Assembly (NCBI GenBank): GCA_907165135.1
Contig: OU015566.1
Span: 11,966,001 to 12,030,000, forward strand
Length of the DNA stretch: 64,000 nt
Source of the DNA: Oikopleura dioica
Taxonomy: Eukaryota > Animalia > Chordata
Direction of reading: 5' to 3'
The notes beneath the pieces were generated by a model that made no database searches, was not told where the DNA came from, and saw only the letters and a program-made list of their open reading frames with translations. Positions 60,878 through 64,000 of the stretch are shown in pieces. Position 1 is the first letter of the stretch. Every line of letters begins with the position of its first letter. A program made the translations under genes and the position numbers.

Positions 60878-63800
60878 ATGGAACCGTGTCTAATTGATAT
60901 CAACAAGGACTTGCAGTCAGGTGTGTCGAAGATCAAAGAGGGCTGGGTGTCGGTGAACCTGGGTGTTGGCGCGTTCAGGTCGCTGTCTGGATGGCAACCC
61001 CGCTGGTGCGTTGTGCGCCGCGGCGAACTCCATTTCAATCGAACCGACGACGAAACGCAGGGCGAGGAAACTTCTTCGGTCACCACAATCTGCACAAAAT
61101 CGATCATAGCGGAGTCCAGTAACAAGAACAGAGCGTGTAGCTTCGAGGTACGCAACAAAGCAAAAAAAAAACGAGCCGCGATAGTAACATAAATATATTT
61201 TTAAAACAGAGAAAAAATATTAATAAAAAAGAGATATCCCTTCAAAATGAGAAGTTATAAAGAAGGTACAATCAAAAAAAAATTCATAGTTCAGAAAAGA
61301 AATTTTTGAAGTAAACATTCAATTGTAAAATCTAGGTGATTGATAGTACCGGTTCTTCTATCGAAATCAGCTGCCAGACTCGTCCACAAATGGAGGACTG
61401 GATTGACTCAATAAAATCTGCTATTCCAAAGGGTGGTGCCGCTCACACTTGGTATATTACTTCCCATGGCAAGCCAATGTTCTGGTAATAAAATGAGACT
61501 CATCCGACACTTGCTCTTATCGCCGTTTTTAGCAATGTTTGCGAGCACATTATCAATGGGCTGAAACAAAAAGCGTTGAGCTGCGAAGTGTGTAAAATAA
61601 AAGTGCACAGATCGTGCGCCACCGAGTGCGTGCAGGAGTGCAAATGGCGCACAATCGAACAGGTCAAAGTCGTCGAATCCAAAAGTGGCGAGACATATCA
61701 ACAACACCAGTGGCTAGTGGGGAATATTCCAGTCAATTCCAAATGCACTGCTTGTAAAAAAGCCTGCGGGTGAGTTCAAAAAAGGAACAAGTTTTTTAAG
61801 TTTCGCGAAATAGTTAGTAACTCGACATTCATTAAAAGCATTGAAGGTGAGCTCATTTGATCCAGGAGATGAGCCACTAAGCTTCATCGTTCAATTTCTG
61901 CTCGCGTCGCGGGGATAGACAATAGTCGATAGCTTTTATCGATTCTAAGACTGTTCAACCTTAATTTTAGATCAATTCTGAGGTTATCAGAAGACAGGCG
62001 GTGTCTCTGGTGTCGCGAAATATACCACTCGCAATGTATTGGTGCCAATTTGAGATGCTCATTTGGGCTCAATTCAAATTCAATTTTGAAACCGCTTGCG
62101 CTCTCCGAATATGACAAAGAAGAGGACGTTTGGCGTGCGAGTAATTGTACCAAAACGCCCAAGCCGATGCTCGTTTTCGTCAACTCCAAATCCGGCGACA
62201 ATAAAGGTTCCATCAAAATCCAAATAGAATTAGGTCTTTATGCATTCTTAGGTGTCCAATTTCTGCGAAGATTCAGACAGCATCTCAATCCGGGACAAGT
62301 TTATGATTTGATGCGCGCTGGACCGCTGCCCGGACTTAATGTTTTCCAGAGATTAGACAATTTCCAAGTTCTTATCTGCGGTGGCGATGGAAGTATAAGC
62401 TGGGTGCTCGGCGAAATGGATCGGCTAGGACTTACGCCAAAGGTATGCCACCTGGAAAAAACCTCGTGCTGAAACAAAAGTTAAAGACGCAAGTCGGAGT
62501 TCTACCTCTGGGAACGGGAAATGATCTTAGCCAAGTTCTCGGATGGGGTGACGTTTTCAATGACGATACAAAAGTGCCAACTTTGCTGGAAAGATACGCT
62601 TGCGCAAAAACGAAAATGCTCGATCGATGGTCGATAATGGTGTACGAAGGCATTTTGCCAGATCTCCCCCAGCAAATGTTCGACAAACACGAAGATGAAA
62701 AGGAAAAAGCAATAGAACAGAAGATAGGCAATCAGTATGTTTATCTTCTTTGTGTTCCTGGTCATAAATTGGTTGTTTTTAGAATCGCTAATATAATCAA
62801 TTCAACAGATCCTGAGATAGTGTTGAAGGCTTCAAGTGACCTTATCCGCATCGCCAAGCATGTTTTGGACATAACCGCAGAAAGATCTGCAGAATTCGCG
62901 CAGCGTGACACGGAGACATTATCAAATATCAATTTATTGCGGCAAAAGCTGAATGGATTAGAAGAAGCGTCATCATTTTCCGATAATGTGCATTCAAAAT
63001 TCAACGAGGTAATTGAAGAATAACCACAAACAACTATACCAGCTTTAGAACTCGAAAAACAATCTGATGAACCGAGCAAACTCGGTGAAAAACGCGGTGA
63101 AAAACGTTCTCGATAAAGCCGTCAAGTCGAAGAAAAATGATAAAAATCCAACTAGAAAGAATCCCAAAATCTCGCCCAGAATCAAAAGCCGACCAGTTCG
63201 AAGAGAAACGTCTGATGAAAGTATTTTGACTCCCTGCTTTTACATAATTAATCATGGTCTTTAGCATCGGACCAGCCTAATCTCCAGACTTTTCTTGGCC
63301 TGAATGATTTCAACGAGAGATATGTGATGAACAACTATTTTGGAATCGGAGTTGATGCTAAGATCGTCCTTGATTTTCACCATTATCGTGACAAAAATCA
63401 GAAAAACTGCGGGTAATCCCTTCTTATAAAAAGCTTTCGATTAAAGTTGTTTTTCAGGCGGAATCTAAATAAACTCTCCATGACACTCTTCTCGGCCAAC
63501 GAGCTGCTGAAACAATCACATAAAAAACTAAATAAGAAAATTCGACTCTTCTGTGATGATAAAGAAATCAACCTGCCAGATCTTCAAGGTGTTCTAGTTC
63601 TTAATATACCGTCTTATGCTGCTGGAATCAATTTTTGGGGAGACAAGTCCGGAGGACAGGTACCTATCTTCTACAAATCGTATTCTAAAAAGCTTCAGTC
63701 TTTCGTTACTCCCTCATACTCTGATCGATTGATCGAAGTTATTGGAATCTTCGGCGTCTTTCAACTTGGAATGTCTCAAGCCTTCCTGGGCTTGCCCCAA

Positions 63801-64000
63801 CGCGTTTCTCAACGACATCGCATCGCTCAGTGCTCCTCCCTAAAAATAATGATCAAAGGAAGCGACCCAATCCCGGTTCAAGTCGACGGAGAGGCCTGGA
63901 TGCAAAACCCCGGCATCATCAAAATTGAACATAAAAATCGTGTACAAATGCTTGCCCGCGATGTTAACGCGGAACTGATGCTGTCTGAGACTGCGCTTTC
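60878..64000 (+). CDS. DGKH: Type II diacylglycerol kinase (PH-C1-C1-catalytic-accessory), 3' end beyond window
   Basis: PH (IKEGWV); two C1 domains (HTWY...CNVC; HQWLVGN); FVNSKSG; LICGGDGS; LPLGTGNDL; MNNYFGIG; QVDGEAWMQ. Delta versus eta not distinguishable by eye. Confidence 0.92.

Overview
Compact, intron-dense animal genomic DNA, almost certainly the larvacean tunicate Oikopleura (dioica). Evidence: it carries the 40-nt spliced-leader exon ACTCATCCCATTTTTGAGTCCGATTTCGATTGTCTAACAG, mostly ~40-50 bp introns, several GA-AG/GG-AG/GC-AG introns, and operon-like co-oriented genes. About 28 protein genes can be pieced together by eye: FARP, FIS1, cytochrome b561, DDI1/2, ABI, GAL3ST, PQBP1, three tandem orphan paralogues, an FN3/SEA/EGF membrane protein, a Cys-rich/kelch-like protein, myosin light chain, a RING protein, HAPSTR1, an LRR-Ig-LRR receptor, four small HSPs, RNF7, a mitochondrial release factor, MRPS6, CCT7 and a type II DGK. 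There is also a tRNA-Met and several non-autonomous TIR elements. The standout structure is a ~6.5 kb palindrome (45713-52274). Each arm reads [5S remnant]-[SL RNA]-[divergent sHSP pair on an HSE-packed bidirectional promoter]-[5S rRNA]-[SL RNA]. A TIR element (with a second MITE nested in it) sits exactly on the symmetry axis, and a sister element splits one SL exon. All exon structures and homologies are manual inferences; no searches were run.
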